Assembly (NCBI RefSeq): GCF_009914755.1
Contig: NC_060927.1
DNA length: 64,000 bases
Reading direction: 5' to 3' (one strand)
DNA from: the human T2T-CHM13v2.0 reference genome, Homo sapiens
Part shown: one piece after another, positions 27,831 through 45,181 of the stretch
Position numbering within the stretch: position 1 is the first letter of the stretch
How the letters are laid out: every line of letters starts with the position of its first letter
Translations under genes and position numbers: made by a program
Notes under the pieces: model-generated
The model's input: the letters and a program-made list of their open reading frames with translations, nothing else
Databases searched by the model: none
Told to the model about the DNA's origin: nothing

Positions 27831-28952
27831 ATCTTAACTTAAAGAAACTATCATCTTTTAAAAGCTATAGCAGAAAGAGAGCCAGCACTGGAGAGAGTAA
27901 ATATGGTGGCTTTTCACCTTTCCAAGAATCTCAATGAGCCCTGGGCATTGCAAAAATTAGTCAAGCAACTGTCACAACTGCAGTGGTAACCAAATATGGA
28001 AGCTGAATCAAATACGGAAAGGAAATTCTTTTGAACTCAAAGACACAACCTTTCCAAAAAAATACACTGCAAGCACACAAACAGACCACACAAAGTCAAA
28101 ACAAAACAAGTACCTGTGTGGGTGGAAATGTATCCAAGTGCCACTCTTTTCTTCAAGTCTTTCATTCTCCTCTTATTACTTCAAAGATAAGCCCTGGATG
28201 GGCAGGAACTAAGTTGTTTTGGTTTTTTCTCATGACACAAAAGATCTGGCAGAGCTGGAGATTTCATTACCTTGAAAGGCAGTAATATTTGAAGGTACCA
28301 TGACTATTCCCTGAACAGTGCTCTAAACACATTGTGGTGGCTAAGAGCTATGGTTATCCCACCTCTTCAATGAGAATGGGGCATTCATTCTACAGAAAGC
28401 CACTTACAGACAAAATGGGTATCACATCATCCATAAAATGAAGTAAAGAACAGTTGGCTGAAACTTCCCAAACAGCCCGTTACTCCATGTGATATAAATG
28501 GGTTTGCAAAGCTCAACAAAGGAAGACAAGCACTAGGAAGGCAAAGCCAGTCTTCCTAGCATGATAACCAAAAGTGTCTCAGCCCTCTAAAGAGCTCTAG
28601 GATCTCAAATCATGTGCACAATACAGAGAAGTGCTAATGGTGGAAGGGATGCACAAGAGATGGTAGATGTCTTGCCCTCAAGGAATTCATATTTTAGATA
28701 GGGTGGCTGGGGGTGGGGGTGGGGGGCAGTGAAACTGGATTATTTTTTGGCAAACATGCAAACGAGTGTTATCACTTAAATGTAGTCATACTAGAATGAC
28801 TTGACCCTATTCCAAATAAAATTGCCACTGATTAAAAGACACTTGCAAACTCCACTTGTGGAACTGGCTTCAGAATGACAGAGAAAAAACTAGCTCTTCA
28901 CTTTATAGGCATACTTATGTATAAGTATGGCAAGGAGTAAGCACTGTGTTTG

Positions 28953-28956
<4 letters not shown>

Positions 28957-28991
<35 letters not shown>

Positions 28992-29008
28992 CTCTCTCTC
29001 TCTCTCTG
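28957..29008. repeat. (CA)n(CT)n compound microsatellite
   Basis: Direct reading. Confidence 0.95.
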
Positions 29009-29048
29009 TCGGTTTTTAAATTACTGGCCACTGGTGAGAAAACCATCA

Positions 29049-29368
<320 letters not shown>

Positions 29369-29639
29369 TCAATGTTCTGAGAATAAGATCATCGCAGTAT
29401 TACGTTAAATGTGTAATTTTCCAAGGTAACTATTACTTATTTAGATGTGTAGGTTGTTACATTTGTTTGCTTTTCATCAGTCACATTTACATTAAAGACA
29501 ATAAAATACAAAGTGATATAACTGCCAAATGTATATTACAGACTATAAACTCAACAGAAATTCAAAAGAGGATGATATAAACATATCACACATTGAAAGA
29601 GGACAAAGCATCTTGCTAGGCACTGACATTTTAAAAGGT

Positions 29640-30220
<581 letters not shown>

Positions 30221-30288
30221 ATCAAAAAAAGTTTAAATGTTTTCCCAAATATGAAAAATTAATAAGCATTTAAAAATTAATCAATCTC

Positions 30289-30590
30289 GGCCGGGCGTGG
30301 TGGCTCACGCCTGTAATCCCAGCACTTTGGGAGGCCAAGGCAGGCGGATCGCGAGGTCAGGAGATCAAGACCATCCTGGCTAACACAGTGAAACCCCGTC
30401 TCTACTAAAAATACAAACATTTAGCCGGGCGTGGTGGCGGGCGCCTGTAATCCCAGCTATTCTGGAGGCTGAGGCAGAAGAATGGTGTGAACACGGGAGG
30501 CAGAGCTTGCAGTGAGCAGAGATCGCACCACTTCACTCCAGCCTGAGTGACAGAGCGAGACTCTGTCTCAAACAAAAACAAAAACAAAAA
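30289..30590 (+). mobile_element. AluY-like
   Basis: gagatcaagaccatcctggctaacac...gcagagcttgcagtg, TSD aatcaatctc. Confidence 0.88.
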
Positions 30591-31223
30591 AATCAATCTC
30601 ACTGCTAATAACTTTAAATTTAAATATGAGATACTACTTTGGACCAAACAATTGCCAAAGATTTTGGGGAAAGCATGCTGATTAGCATGCAGTAAAATAG
30701 GCACTTCCATAATCTATTAAGACCTTTCAAATATAGGAAATATCCTTAATGACCAACTACAGAGAGGTGTTTGCATAAATGATGCCATAGCTATAGGAAA
30801 AATAAGTAGACATTAATGATTTTTTGTAGAATTTCAAAACCAAAGCCAATTTTCACAATACTGAATGAAATAAAATTCAGAATATAAAATTTTAAACACA
30901 CTATGATTTTGGTTGTGTTAAATTATATACACTCAGGAGAAAAGACTGAAATCAATAGTGCAATATGGTTGTTTCTGGGGTGTAGCCAATCTTTTCCTAT
31001 TCTTTATACATGCCTGTGTTTTTAAAAGATTCTACAATTCTCTATATTTCTTTGGTATTCAAAAATAAAAGCAGACAATAAGAAGAAATATTCTTCCCAA
31101 AACATGTAGATTGAAAAAAAAAAAGGTTAAGGTCCAATTCCTGCCTATAAGATCTTCCAGGTAAAATTTCATAAAACGAGGTTGGGCCACACCTTGAAAG
31201 ATACATAGAATCCACATAGCTGG

Positions 31224-31569
<346 letters not shown>

Positions 31570-32110
31570 TCAAAGAATCTAAAGAGGGAATAGTTGGCAA
31601 ACCAGAAGATAAATCAAATTGGAGTTACGAGAGCTTAATCCTTGAGCTTTATTTTAACAGGCCAGTGGTTGGATGAATCACTACCAAATAAGAAATAAAG
31701 CAAAGCTATACTAAGCTAAAGGAAAGTGTTCTCAAAAAAGAGTCTTCTGTGCCACGTTGGTGTTTTTTCACATCCCTCTATCTGGCTGCCTGCTGGTTTC
31801 CATGGCTTAGATTTACCCATTTGGAAAAACAACCCCTCCCCTGACAATACCAAAATCACTACCTCTGCCATGAAATTAGGCAAGAAATATACATACTCCA
31901 GCCTCTAATTTAGACAATAAACTTGCCAAAAGTACGGAATATATCTTTTTTTCACATAGTACCAATCAACAGTGTCATAATAGGCATTCCAATAAGTAAT
32001 GAATTACAAGTTAACAATGAGCAACACCTTAATATTGTCCATAAATCCCCACCAGAACTGAAATTTTACAAGTTGGCAATATCAATTATTGGTAAAGATT
32101 TAGAGTTCCT

Positions 32111-32422
<312 letters not shown>

Positions 32423-32429
32423 GATGTAG

Positions 32430-33030
32430 AGTTCCTGAAATGCTTATACACTGCTGGTAGAAGAGTAAGATGCTATAACCACTTTGGAAAACAGTTGTGC
32501 AGTTGCTTAAAAAGTTAAACGTACCCAATAATCCGGCAATTCTACTAAGTATTTACCCAAAAGAAATGACCACATATGTCCACAAAAAGCTTGCATAAAA
32601 ATGTTCGAACACTGTACAACAAAGTGTACCTCTTAAAATGGTTAAAATAATACGTTTTATGTTATATATATACTTGGCCACAGAATAAACAATTCTGAGC
32701 AAGTTCATTCATTATAGTTGAAAACCGGAAACTTAAAACATCATCCATCAAGTTTAGAAGAGATGAGCAAATTGTGGTATACGCATAAGACGACAATGCC
32801 AAAGAACAAACTACTCCAGGAGCATGCATGAATCTCAGAAACACTACGTTAGGCACAAGAAGCTGGATCCAAATTACTTTATACGACGTTCAAGACCAGG
32901 CCAACCTAATATATAACTGCAGAAGCCAAAACAGTGGTTCTCTTTGGGGGATGTGCGTACTGACTGGTAAGGAAGCTCGAGGAGGCTCAGGGGCGATGAG
33001 AATGCTCTCCCTCTTGATCTGGGTAGTCAG
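32430..33030 (+). mobile_element. Old L1 (L1M) fragments
   Basis: accactttggaaaacagt..., gcaaattgtggtatac..., gcatgaatctcagaaacac. Confidence 0.7.
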
Positions 33031-33046
33031 CCCCAATCAAAAAGAC

Positions 33047-33467
33047 TGTTAACAATAAATACAGAATAATGGAGGCCACAGTTTAGACAGCCCAAGGCCA
33101 ACCACTCATAACCAAAACTTAAGTCATCCTGATTTCCCCAAACACTAAACCTAAATATAAAAGAAACACAAATCTGAGTTTTTTGTCCTTATCAGCAGAT
33201 AAGGACAAAAATAAGGTTTGATAAGGATCAAACCCATCAACTAACAACAAATCAGCTTAAACAGCTGTCTGCCTTAAGGATCTATACATGACAGCCATTC
33301 ATGAAAAAGGTCAGGTCATTCCTCCTTTATGCTCTAAACTGCACCGTAACTGCTATAAAGTAAGACTGTGACATTTTTGGGTTTGAGGTCTCCCAGTCCA
33401 TGAACTCTCCTCTTGTATGTATGAGAAACACTTAAAATTCTAACTTGATCTAATTTTATGTTTGACA
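33047..33467 (+). mobile_element. LTR37-like solo LTR
   Basis: TG...CA termini (tgttaac...tttgaca), ~420 bp, aaccaaaacttaagtcatcctgatttcccc motif; subfamily uncertain. Confidence 0.5.
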
Positions 33468-33748
33468 AAACATGGGGGGAAAAATTTACAAAGCTATACC
33501 CTTAGGAGTTCATCATAATTAATTATGCCTCAATAAAAATAAAGGAAGAAAGAAAACAGAACAAGTGGAAAATCCCAGTCCATTATCCCAATTAAGCCCC
33601 AGGTTTGCATTTTATCTAGCCCTCACGAAGTACTCCACTATCATGAGGTCAGAGCTCATCATCAGAAATCCCCCTTGGAGTGCTGTAGTGTCTGTCCTAT
33701 TCAAGGCAGCGTTAGGTCTGACCACAGTATTTTCAGAACATACAACTA

Positions 33749-34168
<420 letters not shown>

Positions 34169-35133
34169 CTAATAATGCTTCAATAAATGCTAGTTCCCAG
34201 TATAGTGACAGATACAATGGAGTGAGGCAGTCCGACTCTGGCCATAGTTAACAGATCAAGGAAAAAAATCCCACACTCCTAAGATTCCAAAGAAATTTTC
34301 TGCAAGTTTCCTTAATGTACTTTAAAATCCTTCAGAAGACCATGGGGAAAATAAATCATCCTCTCAAATTCATATTCTGAAGTTTGAAAATAAAAGCAGT
34401 TCCTTTTCATGTTTGGATATAGTCACTCTGAACAGTAAATCAGCTAACAGACATCAACCTGGCATAAGACTCTTCATAACCTGTAATTATCTTCTTTATT
34501 TTCCTGTTGCTCATCTGTCTCCCCTGCTAGAACATACACTCCATAAAGTCAGGGATCTTGCTGTCTGTTTTGCTAGCAGCCATATCCCCAGCACATAAAA
34601 CAGTTCCTGGCACATAATGGGTATTAAATATTTTCCCATCAGTGATCAGTTCGTTTAGCAGACTGTCCAAAGTCAAGTAACTAGAAAGCAAGACGAACAA
34701 GGGCAGCTATCTGTAATCAAGCAGGCAACTTCAAATGTTTTCCTACAGAAGCTAAGTCCTAAAGAGTTTTTCTTCTCTCTCTTCCCCTCTTATTAATATT
34801 CCTCCTTTTCCCAGCTATCTTTCCTGCCTCTAAGAACAGTATTCTAAGAATTAAGAAACTCACTTGTATCACCAACTCGCTGAGTATCCTTGGGCTAGTC
34901 AGGCAATTTCAATGCTTATCTTTAGTCAAAAGACACTGGAGTCATTCATAAGGAGACAACACTTGCCTGGTGTGAAGAACGAGTAGCTGCAAGACAAAAT
35001 CCTAGCCCTCCCAGAAATTAGAGTAAGCCAGACAGAGGAGGGAGGTAACACAGCGAGATAAATTCCATGGCAGAAGTATGCACAGCATGCCATGAAAATA
35101 CAAACACCTAATCCCTCCAAGAAGGCAGAGGAG

Positions 35134-35496
<363 letters not shown>

Positions 35497-35569
35497 CTAA
35501 TAGGAGCCACGAGAAAGGAACAGGGAGATTTCAGATAGAGGCAAAAGGGCTTACTCACAGGAAGCAGTT

Positions 35570-37200
35570 TCACGTTATGTGGACTGCAGGGTGTGAGCGA
35601 ACATGGAAAGTAAGGCTGAAGAGGTAAGCCGGAATGATATTCTGGTAATATTACAGATGTAAACCTAGAAGAAGATGAGATTAGAGGCAGGGAGCAGTTT
35701 AGAGATTATTTTAGCAATTAAGAGGAAAATTAATGGAGACCTCGTAAGAGAGGAGTTCCCAGGACCTCTTCAACCTATTCCACCCTTTGCCCCAGGTGAC
35801 CACGCTCACTCAAAGCTTCAAGTATTCTCTATCCAAGTATCTCCAGCAGCAGCCTCTCCTGAGCTCTAGAACCATATACCCAACTTTCTATTATTTATCT
35901 CTTCCTCGAAATCTCAGAGCCTTTAAACTCAACGCAGCCGAAGCTAAGCCTATGAGCTCACCCCAGAACCTAGTCCTCTTCCTGTGTTTCCTGTCTCTGC
36001 AGATGGCAGCACCACCCATCCGCTTGTAGGAGCTGGAAACCTGGGAGGCACCCTTAGTGTCCCCTACGTCCTCTCCCTCATCTGCTGTTCAATCCATCAC
36101 CAATCCCTGCCAGGCTCCTCCCCTAAGGATCTCATACGTCTATCCACTGCTTTCCTCTGTGGCCACCGTCAGAATTTGCCTTACCCCTATCTCTTGCCTA
36201 AGCCAGTGCACCAGGTTCACATCCTCTCCTATTACTATTTCATCTCTTATTCCCTTCCAGTCCATTCTCAAACTGTGACAAAAGTTTGTTTTTAGTGCTC
36301 ATCAGCCTGCGTCACCCTTTTATGCCCGCCTACTCACCCCGAGGAGCTCCATCAAGCCCCTCTTCACTGGTGTTGCTCACCATATGTGCACCAGCACCTT
36401 ATTTCTGAAGGAATGAGGACTCAGGTTTTTTTTTTTCTTTTGAGACCGAGTCTCACTCTGTTGCCCAGGCCAGAGTGCGGTGGGATGATATTGGCTCACT
36501 GCAACCGCCGCCTCCCAGGTTCAAGTGATTCTCCTGCCTCACCCTCCCGAGTATCTGGGATCGCGCACCAGCATGCCTGGCTAATTTTTATATTTTTAGT
36601 AGAGGCGGCGTTTCACCACATTGGCCAGGCAGGTCTCAAACTCCTGAGCTCAAGCAATCTGCCTGCCTCAGTCTCCCAAAGTGCTGGGATTACAGGCGTG
36701 AGCAACCGCCCCTGGCCAGGACTCAGTATTTGAGCAAAGGGAGGCAAGAATTTTAAGAATTTGTAAAAAGTCAGTATTGCATGGCATAAAGAGACTAAGG
36801 TAAAGACTAAAAAAGACTGAACTTGCCACTAGGATATCATTTAGTGACCGTGTCTGGAACAAATTCAACAGAGTTGTGGGAGCAGAAATCAGAGGACAGC
36901 AGATTAAGAGGGAAAGGGCAGAAAGGGAGTAGAGGTGAGCTGGCCTTCTTCCAATAACGTGGATGGCAAGGACGATACAGTCTAATGGCTGGAACAAACA
37001 CAAGATTTAGGGAAGGGTTTGTTTTTGTTTTAAAGTTGGGAGAGACTTGTATAGGAGCACATGATGAAGGGAAAGAAGCAGGAGAGGAAGAGGAGGGTAT
37101 CAGAACAGAAAGAGATCTGTGAGCACCAACAGAACAATCTGCCTTCATTTCCCCTGAAGGAAGGAACATGAATGGTGATGAATTCAGAAGAGCTTGCAGG
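35570..37200. mobile_element. L2 fragments flanking an Alu
   Basis: Degenerate L2-like text (gatggcagcaccacccatccg...ggaaacctggg..., ttagtgaccgtgtctggaac...). Confidence 0.55.
36426..36717 (-). mobile_element. AluS
   Basis: Alu body, TSD aggactcag. Confidence 0.88.
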
Positions 37201-40200
37201 CAGGGAAGCAACATGTGGTTCTTTTATTTTCTCTAAGATATAGAGCAGATTCTTCCAGCTCCACAAGAAGGTCCTCTCCCACTCACTCTCTCTTTATTGG
37301 ACAAAATATAGAACCAAATACTGTATGCACTGTATCAAACACCAAGAGCGCAATGCTTGATGTCCACTGTGAGTTCTGGAACTTTACCTTGTTCCCTACC
37401 AGTATCAGCCCTCTTTTATTGGTATGAAGCCTCTAATAGAAAAAAGCCTCCCAGCCTGGTCTCCAGAAACTGGTGTTAACTGCTCCGAATTTTGAATTCA
37501 GCAGAGCTGTGCTAGAAAACTGCACATAAGGTTTATACTGAGAATGACAGCTATTTTCCATTCCCTTTACTTTCTAGTCGGTAGAACTTAAAGCCTGGCA
37601 CAGCTGCTATTACATATTCCTTAAACAGCGAACCAGATCATTCTCGTGGGTGATTTTAAGCATTAGAGAAGAGGTCATAACTTTTCAGCAGGAAAATAAA
37701 ACAAAGGTTCTTTCTGGGGTCAGCCAATAGTTTATCAGTGGCTCATCAGAAAAACAATAGTTTAAAAGGACTTGCGTAGTTAAGAATGGAAGAACATGGG
37801 TAAAGAAAAAAACTGCTGACATTAAAATAGAATTTTAAATTAATCTCTTGTCGCGTTAATAGTACTGCCATATAATGGAAGATGCATTTATTTTCTAAGG
37901 GGAAAATGTCCAGAAACTTGCACTCATCACTCCCTTAACTGTTATCAGGGAAGAAGTGTAGAGTCTCCCAGCTGGATTATGGGTAGTGTAAACATCTTTG
38001 CTAAATTGCTTGGCAGAGTACATCTGCATCAAACCATTAGAGTCTGGAATTCACTCTATTAAAATCAAATCATTAGCCAAGAAGAATTAACAGGCAACTA
38101 TTTTCATGCAAAACAGATATAAAATAAAAATCAAGAGCAATACATGAGTAATTCTTTTTCATTCACAATTTTAGATGGTGCATAATGCAGAGTATTGTTT
38201 TAGAAACGTGCTGCTCTCTAACAGCCATCTCTATACAATATAGGGTATTGTTTGGATACTGGAGCAATTTAAGCTTTTTCTATGTATCCAAAAGTCCCTG
38301 GATTAAGATCCAAAGAAACCTGGCACAGCAACAAAGTTGACTTGTAACACATCTCAGCCTTTAAGCAAATTGTTTATTAATGCAGCAGGAAAGTCGCTGT
38401 TCAGGCCCTAAGTAAGCTATGTATCTCCGGAAGTGTCCCCCATGTTGCATTCTCCAAAACTGTGCAGAATTTTCTCCTAGTTTTCCATTACACCAAGGAT
38501 GGTGGGAGGGCTTCAACAGGTGATGAAGAATGTGAACAAAATACTAACTGAAAAAAAAGTTCTTCCCAAAGTATCACCAACTCTGTTTAATAAACAGTGG
38601 AGCTACAGATGAATGAGAAGGGAAGCTGGGACATATATTATCTGTATATAATGTCTGTATATCCCACAGCCAAGAGTTCTCACACTCAAAGAGACGCTGG
38701 CTTCACATGGAGAAAACAACCTCTCAGGATGTGTGCACTACTTTAAAAGATCTCACAAAAAAGATACAAAAGAAGGCATACAGGCATCTCCCTATACAGG
38801 GTAAAAAAAAAAAAAAAGCTAGAATTTGTTTAGAATTAGACACATGGTAGTAAAGGTATAAAGAAAAGCAAGTTACAACTGTGGTGAACTCTTGGGGCTG
38901 GGAGGGATCTGATCAAAAGATAATACCTGGAAGGGGCGATTTACTATTTCTTGACCTGGCCATAGTCACCGGGTTGTTCATTTCTCTAACCATAAAATAC
39001 ACATTTTTATACACTTTTCTGTATGTATATTTCATTATAAAACATGTTGAGAGATCGATCCCTAATACATTTCTTAGTAGAGTATAGGCATTCCATAAAT
39101 GTTTAATAACAGAATGGATAACAAAATGGTACTAGTACTAAGTTTTCTCTAATCACTTACTAGATATATTTCAGTTTGTCATGTTTACAGACTTCTTTGC
39201 AAACAAAAGAGTGAAATATTAAGAGTTTGGAACGATCCTATGCATAGCAACACATTAAAGAGGACTTTTAAGAATAGATTCTCTATTTCATTTAGAGTAA
39301 ATAAACATTCTTTCAACTAGTCATGATTCACATTGATAGGATTAAAACATTCTATACATAATACCTTGAAATTAAAACAATCAACAGAATTAAACAACAA
39401 TGCAGAAAAGGCAAGACAGCAAAGCAAAGTGACAAAAATAATTCCTTCGAACTTACAGAACATGTAACATTCAGAAAGGAAAGGAGAGCAAATGAAGAAA
39501 GCAAAATCATTTTCAGGTCCTGCTTTTAAAAATAAGCAACCACGGTTAGGATTTTGTTGTGGAGTTGGGGGGTGGGAAATGACACATGAGTTCATTAAAA
39601 AATAAAAGACGGAGAGAAAACTGTTTTGGAATACAATGCAGAGCAAGTCTTAAAAAACAGTTGCCATGAGCTTCAATGTGCAATAATAAATACCACTAAA
39701 TAGAAACCGCCACTGAATAAACGTCAGATACTTTGAGATGACAAAGATCGCCAGAAACATTCCCTGGTCCGACTGTTTTTATATATTTGTGTACATGCGT
39801 AAGTGCTAAATCTGGATCTAATTTCTTCCTGAAAAAATCCAGTTTTCTGCAACATCCTCACAGTCAGGGAGAACTAAGCTATATTGAGAAGTTTGGAATC
39901 TCCTCACGTGCCAAGGAGGATTGCTTTCTATCTTTACCGCATGTTTTAAAAAATCTTCACAGCAACACATCCAGGCACCCTAGGAATACAAGGCCACGCA
40001 GACAATAGGGAACGGAGGAAGGAGGGAGGAAGACAAACCTGGCCTCCAGAAGGAGCCAAGTGTAGGCTCCAAGAGATAAACAGCCAAGTACAATAATCTT
40101 TCGAGAAGCGGGCTGAGAAACAAGGGTGGGAGCTGGAAGGAAGGGTATAATCACACCTTCCTTCACAAACTGTAATTAGGAGAAAGACACCAGCCAGGCC

Positions 40201-41305
40201 AGCTCTCTCGCAGAGCTCCTGGGCTCACCTGGGCATGTTTTACTAACCAAGCTCCTCCTAGTTTCTTTCTCTCTCTCTCTGTCTCCCCCTTCCTCCCTAA
40301 CCCCCACTGGCCCCCACTCCCTATCCTTTCCTGCAAGTAAAAAGCTAAAGTAAAATGACTTTCCACAGCAAAACAGTTACAGATGTTCTACCTCGGAATA
40401 CATCCCAGATCAAGAGCTCGTCACTTGATATGCAGGGCTGGGGACCAGGAGAGGGTACGAAATGGCCCTGCGCTGTGGCCTTTTCACCTACCCAAGCCTC
40501 CTAAGTTTCCTGAAGGTTCTGAGCTCATTAGACAAAGAACAATGAAGCCAGGACTCCACTCAACCGCTGGTGGTTAGACTGGTGGAAAACAAAAGATCAC
40601 AGGGTCTCACTGAACTCAGCAACTCTCCAGTGTGCGTCTTCCCTTCCATTCCAGAAAATTAATTTAAAAGTTGCCCGTGATGAAACAAGGGATAACTGTG
40701 CCTAAAACAATGAACCGTTCTAAAGCTTGAAGTCGGAATAATTCGCTCTTAAGCTTTGAGAGGATCACACTATGCAATGTATTCCTACTTTCTCCCAATA
40801 TAAATCACGCTATTAAATTAAAAGGAGAGAATTCTTCCACCAAATTACACACTAATGGCTCTTAACCCATAATTAAAGTATCGCTACCAGCAGTGTAAAG
40901 CCCCAGCCAGCCAGGGCTCAGACCCAGGTCTCAGCCCCAGGGATGATGTCAGTGCAGCGACAGCCATCTTGAGGAAAGCCCGTGGTCTAACCTGTCCCTG
41001 TCCCTGCTCCCTGGGGACTGGCTCTGGAGCTGGCATCCACGCAGGCCTCCTCCTCTGCACAGGCAGACAAAAGGAAAGCAAGCCCAGTGCCAGAGCAGCA
41101 CGAAGAGCACCTTCCAGCGAGGCCGGTCACTCAGAGGTGTCTCACCTACCCTTTCCCCAACATCACAACAGCCTCGGAATTTGGACCAGCAACTGGCTTC
41201 AGAGCAAGGAGAAGTGGGAGAGGCTCCACTGTGTGCTGTAATCCAGGGTGTTATCCCCGTGCTAGGCCGTGAGGGCACCCAGGACGGGGCATGACCCTAA
41301 CATCA

Positions 41306-41677
<372 letters not shown>

Positions 41678-42487
41678 TCATAGAAGAGTCAAAACTCAAT
41701 TCAATCCTGCCACAAACTTTCTAAATAAACTAAATCAACTCTCTGAAAAACAGAGTTTACCTCTCTGAGCCTCACTTTCCTTGGTGAAAACAAGGCAAAG
41801 GTATTAGATGATGTCTGAGGCCCTGGATAGCTCTGCAATAATTAGATAGAGAATACAAGGCAGTATATAATCAAGTATTAAATTATACAGGAGCAACTAC
41901 AGCTGCCATTGAGAGCTTGCACTGATTTTTTTTTGAGTCAGCCTTCATTCTAAACCACTTCCTGAAAGCCCACTCAGACCCTGTGCTAGGATTCAGGGAT
42001 GCAGCGGTCACCAAGACAGAATGCTCTGCCTTCACGAGGCTTTCGCCAGTCTAGTAAGGTATTCTCAGGTGTTCAGAGGAGGGAAAAAATGAGGGCTGGG
42101 GTTGGCCTATGACCTTTGCATGGAGACAGAGGCAAAACTGGGCTTCAAGTGGGTATCATCTGAGCATTCAGTGGGGTGATGGACGCAGTGGTTAATTGCT
42201 GAGTACGGTAGTAATAAGCCATGAGGTTCTGAACACATAGCACAAGCCCAGTTCTACTAATCCGCTCATCATTAGTGAAGGGAATTAGTTAGCTTCCAGA
42301 AGTCAGCCAGACTTCGATTCTTCCGGCCCTCTCCCTAACGTCTCCTTCTCCCACCCCAAACCTGCTAATTGTGGTTAACTTTTTCCCTTTATTCTTTTCA
42401 ATTATTCTTGCAGACAACTATGGTGGAGGGCAGGAGCCAGGAAGCAGTTACCAAGGAGGGAGTCCACATCTAAGCAATATGGAGTCA

Positions 42488-42914
<427 letters not shown>

Positions 42915-45181
42915 CTATGTCTCATACAACTAAGGAATATGGTATAATTTAGCTGGTAAGAATAATTAACCATCCGCATCTTAATTTTTAAAACTAAAAT
43001 GTCATAAAATTAATTTGTCCCTTATTCTTAAGGGGCATGAAACTTGACTGTGCCCTAAATGAAATCAAATGTTGCCTACCAACAGTACATTCCATTTTCC
43101 AAACAACTTCCCTGGAATGCTGGGGAGCTGATATGTTTAAAACGAATATTCTCCAAGTCCAAGTGTTGGATTTTAAAGAACCATAACCTTTCCAACTTTT
43201 CCTACAAAAAAATCCCGTGTGTGATTTATGCCCATCTTCAAAACACCCTCTGGAGTTCAGACCAGATGTGTGCAGTGTTTACACTGAGAAAACCACTAGG
43301 ACATCAACAATTCACTATAAACACCACTCAAATTTTGCTGTGCTTTCCTTCATTTCCTCTGTATTTATTCTGGTGTTAAAATAATGTTAACTCTCATAAT
43401 AAGGAAAATAGGAGCAGATGTTTAAACCAAACAGACTTCAGCCCATTATCCCATATAGCTACTCAATCTTCAAAATCAAAGTTTCTTCCTCCCAAATACC
43501 GAGAGAGAAGAGCAGAGCAGAGCACTCTAGTTTCCTGGGTGTTGCATGCTACACAACAACTCGACCTGGGCTCGCTGTCCGTAAGTTGGTCCTCACCAAT
43601 CGGAGACAGGAAAAACTAATCTGGTATCAATTTCCTAACAATCTTATATTTCTCTCTTAGGCCATTATGTTTTGTTTTTAAAATATCGTATTACTTGTTG
43701 GCAAAGACAATACAACAGAAATTGCCTCAGAAGTTTTTCTTTCTTGTTGGGGGAAGCGGGGATGGTTAAAAAAAAAAAAAACAAGAAAAACAAAACCCTG
43801 ACTACAATGTGTGAATGTCACGGGAAACAAGCCCAGCAATGGCTGCTTACGGCTTTCTAAAGTCGGCTGCCTTTTTTAAGTGAGTTCAGAAGCAAGATGT
43901 TACTTAACACATCAGATGCAAAGAAAGAAATTCACGAAAATTCTCATAGCAGGAACTAGTAGGAGTAAAGAAAAACAAATACTCTTTTTAAAAAACGTTA
44001 AATATGAGATCCTCATCCATAGAGTTTTAAAAAACAACGTGAATGAGGGTTGTTGTTGTTTTTTTTCCTTGAAGGGGAAAAATACTCTTGAAAGGGTGAG
44101 TTTTCAACTGATTAGGAAACAGGCCTGAAGTTTTTAGATTAAAAAAATACAAGTGAATCACCCTCCCAAGTTTTTGTAACTGTTTTCTTTTTCAAGAGAA
44201 ATGTCCCGTGTATTATTGGAGAAAAAATGGAAACTGCTCCTGCTGAATGAGAAAGAGAAGAGTCCCGGATGTGTGTGTGGTTACAACAGAAAACACTCTT
44301 CCTGCCAGGCCGAACTCCCCCGGAGATGCCCTCGGCGGCAGACCCAGGGCCATTGCCACTTTTTCAAATCGCACGTAGAGGATGTCCGAGGGCTTAAGAA
44401 ATAGATTTTTCTCTGACTGCTACCAGAGACAGTTGGAAATACAAGACAGTGGGGGAAGCACCTCGCGGGCAGTAGGAGGTAATAAATAACAGTTCGGCGC
44501 GGCTCTCTCTTTTTCAGGGCAGGCTGGGGGTCGGGGTGTTGTGTAATCGCTCCCACAGGGAGCGGAGCGCGAGGAACACCCCCCAGTGTCAGCGCTCCCC
44601 GGGCTGCACAGGAAGCGCCAGCGAGACAAAGAGCCCGCCTGTGCTCGCTGACACGGTGCCCTTCCGGCCCCACGCGGGAGAGGGACATTCTCCGCTGTTT
44701 GGGACGCTCACTCGCGAGCACAAAAACTCGCTGTAACTTTGGCTCCCCCTCCGTGAGCTGCAGGGCGCCGTGGCCCACAGCAGGGTACAGTAGACGGTGC
44801 AATCCTTACCAGCCCCTCCCCCAAAGAGGCTCAACTTTTACCGGCGTCCTACAAGTCCTTCCCCTAAAGACAATATTAACGGAAATCAAAAATACATACA
44901 TTTTAAAGAGTTAAAAATGTGAGGCGCGAGTACGTTGCAAGCAACGAGCAAACTTTGAAGGGTTTCTACTTCACTGCCTCCCCGTCCAGCCCCCTCCACC
45001 GCCCCCCGCAGCCTGAGATCCGAACACACTCGGTGCCGAACCGAACCTAAGAAACGCCGGCCTTTCAAGTGCCCTACACCCCGGAGGAGGACAGCGGGCG
45101 CTTAGAAGGCAGGCACCCAGCACACTGAGGAGGAGTGGCCGGGACGAGCAACGGGCAGTAATTCTACAACGGGACATCTAC

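Noticed and set aside
42180-42300. tRNA-like / MamSINE1-like remnant
   Set aside because: Only patchy resemblance, no cloverleaf or intact B box; cannot be supported without an HMM search
44281-44802. 173-aa ORF in the CpG island
   Set aside because: Non-ATG start, GC-rich low-stop sequence, no recognisable domain
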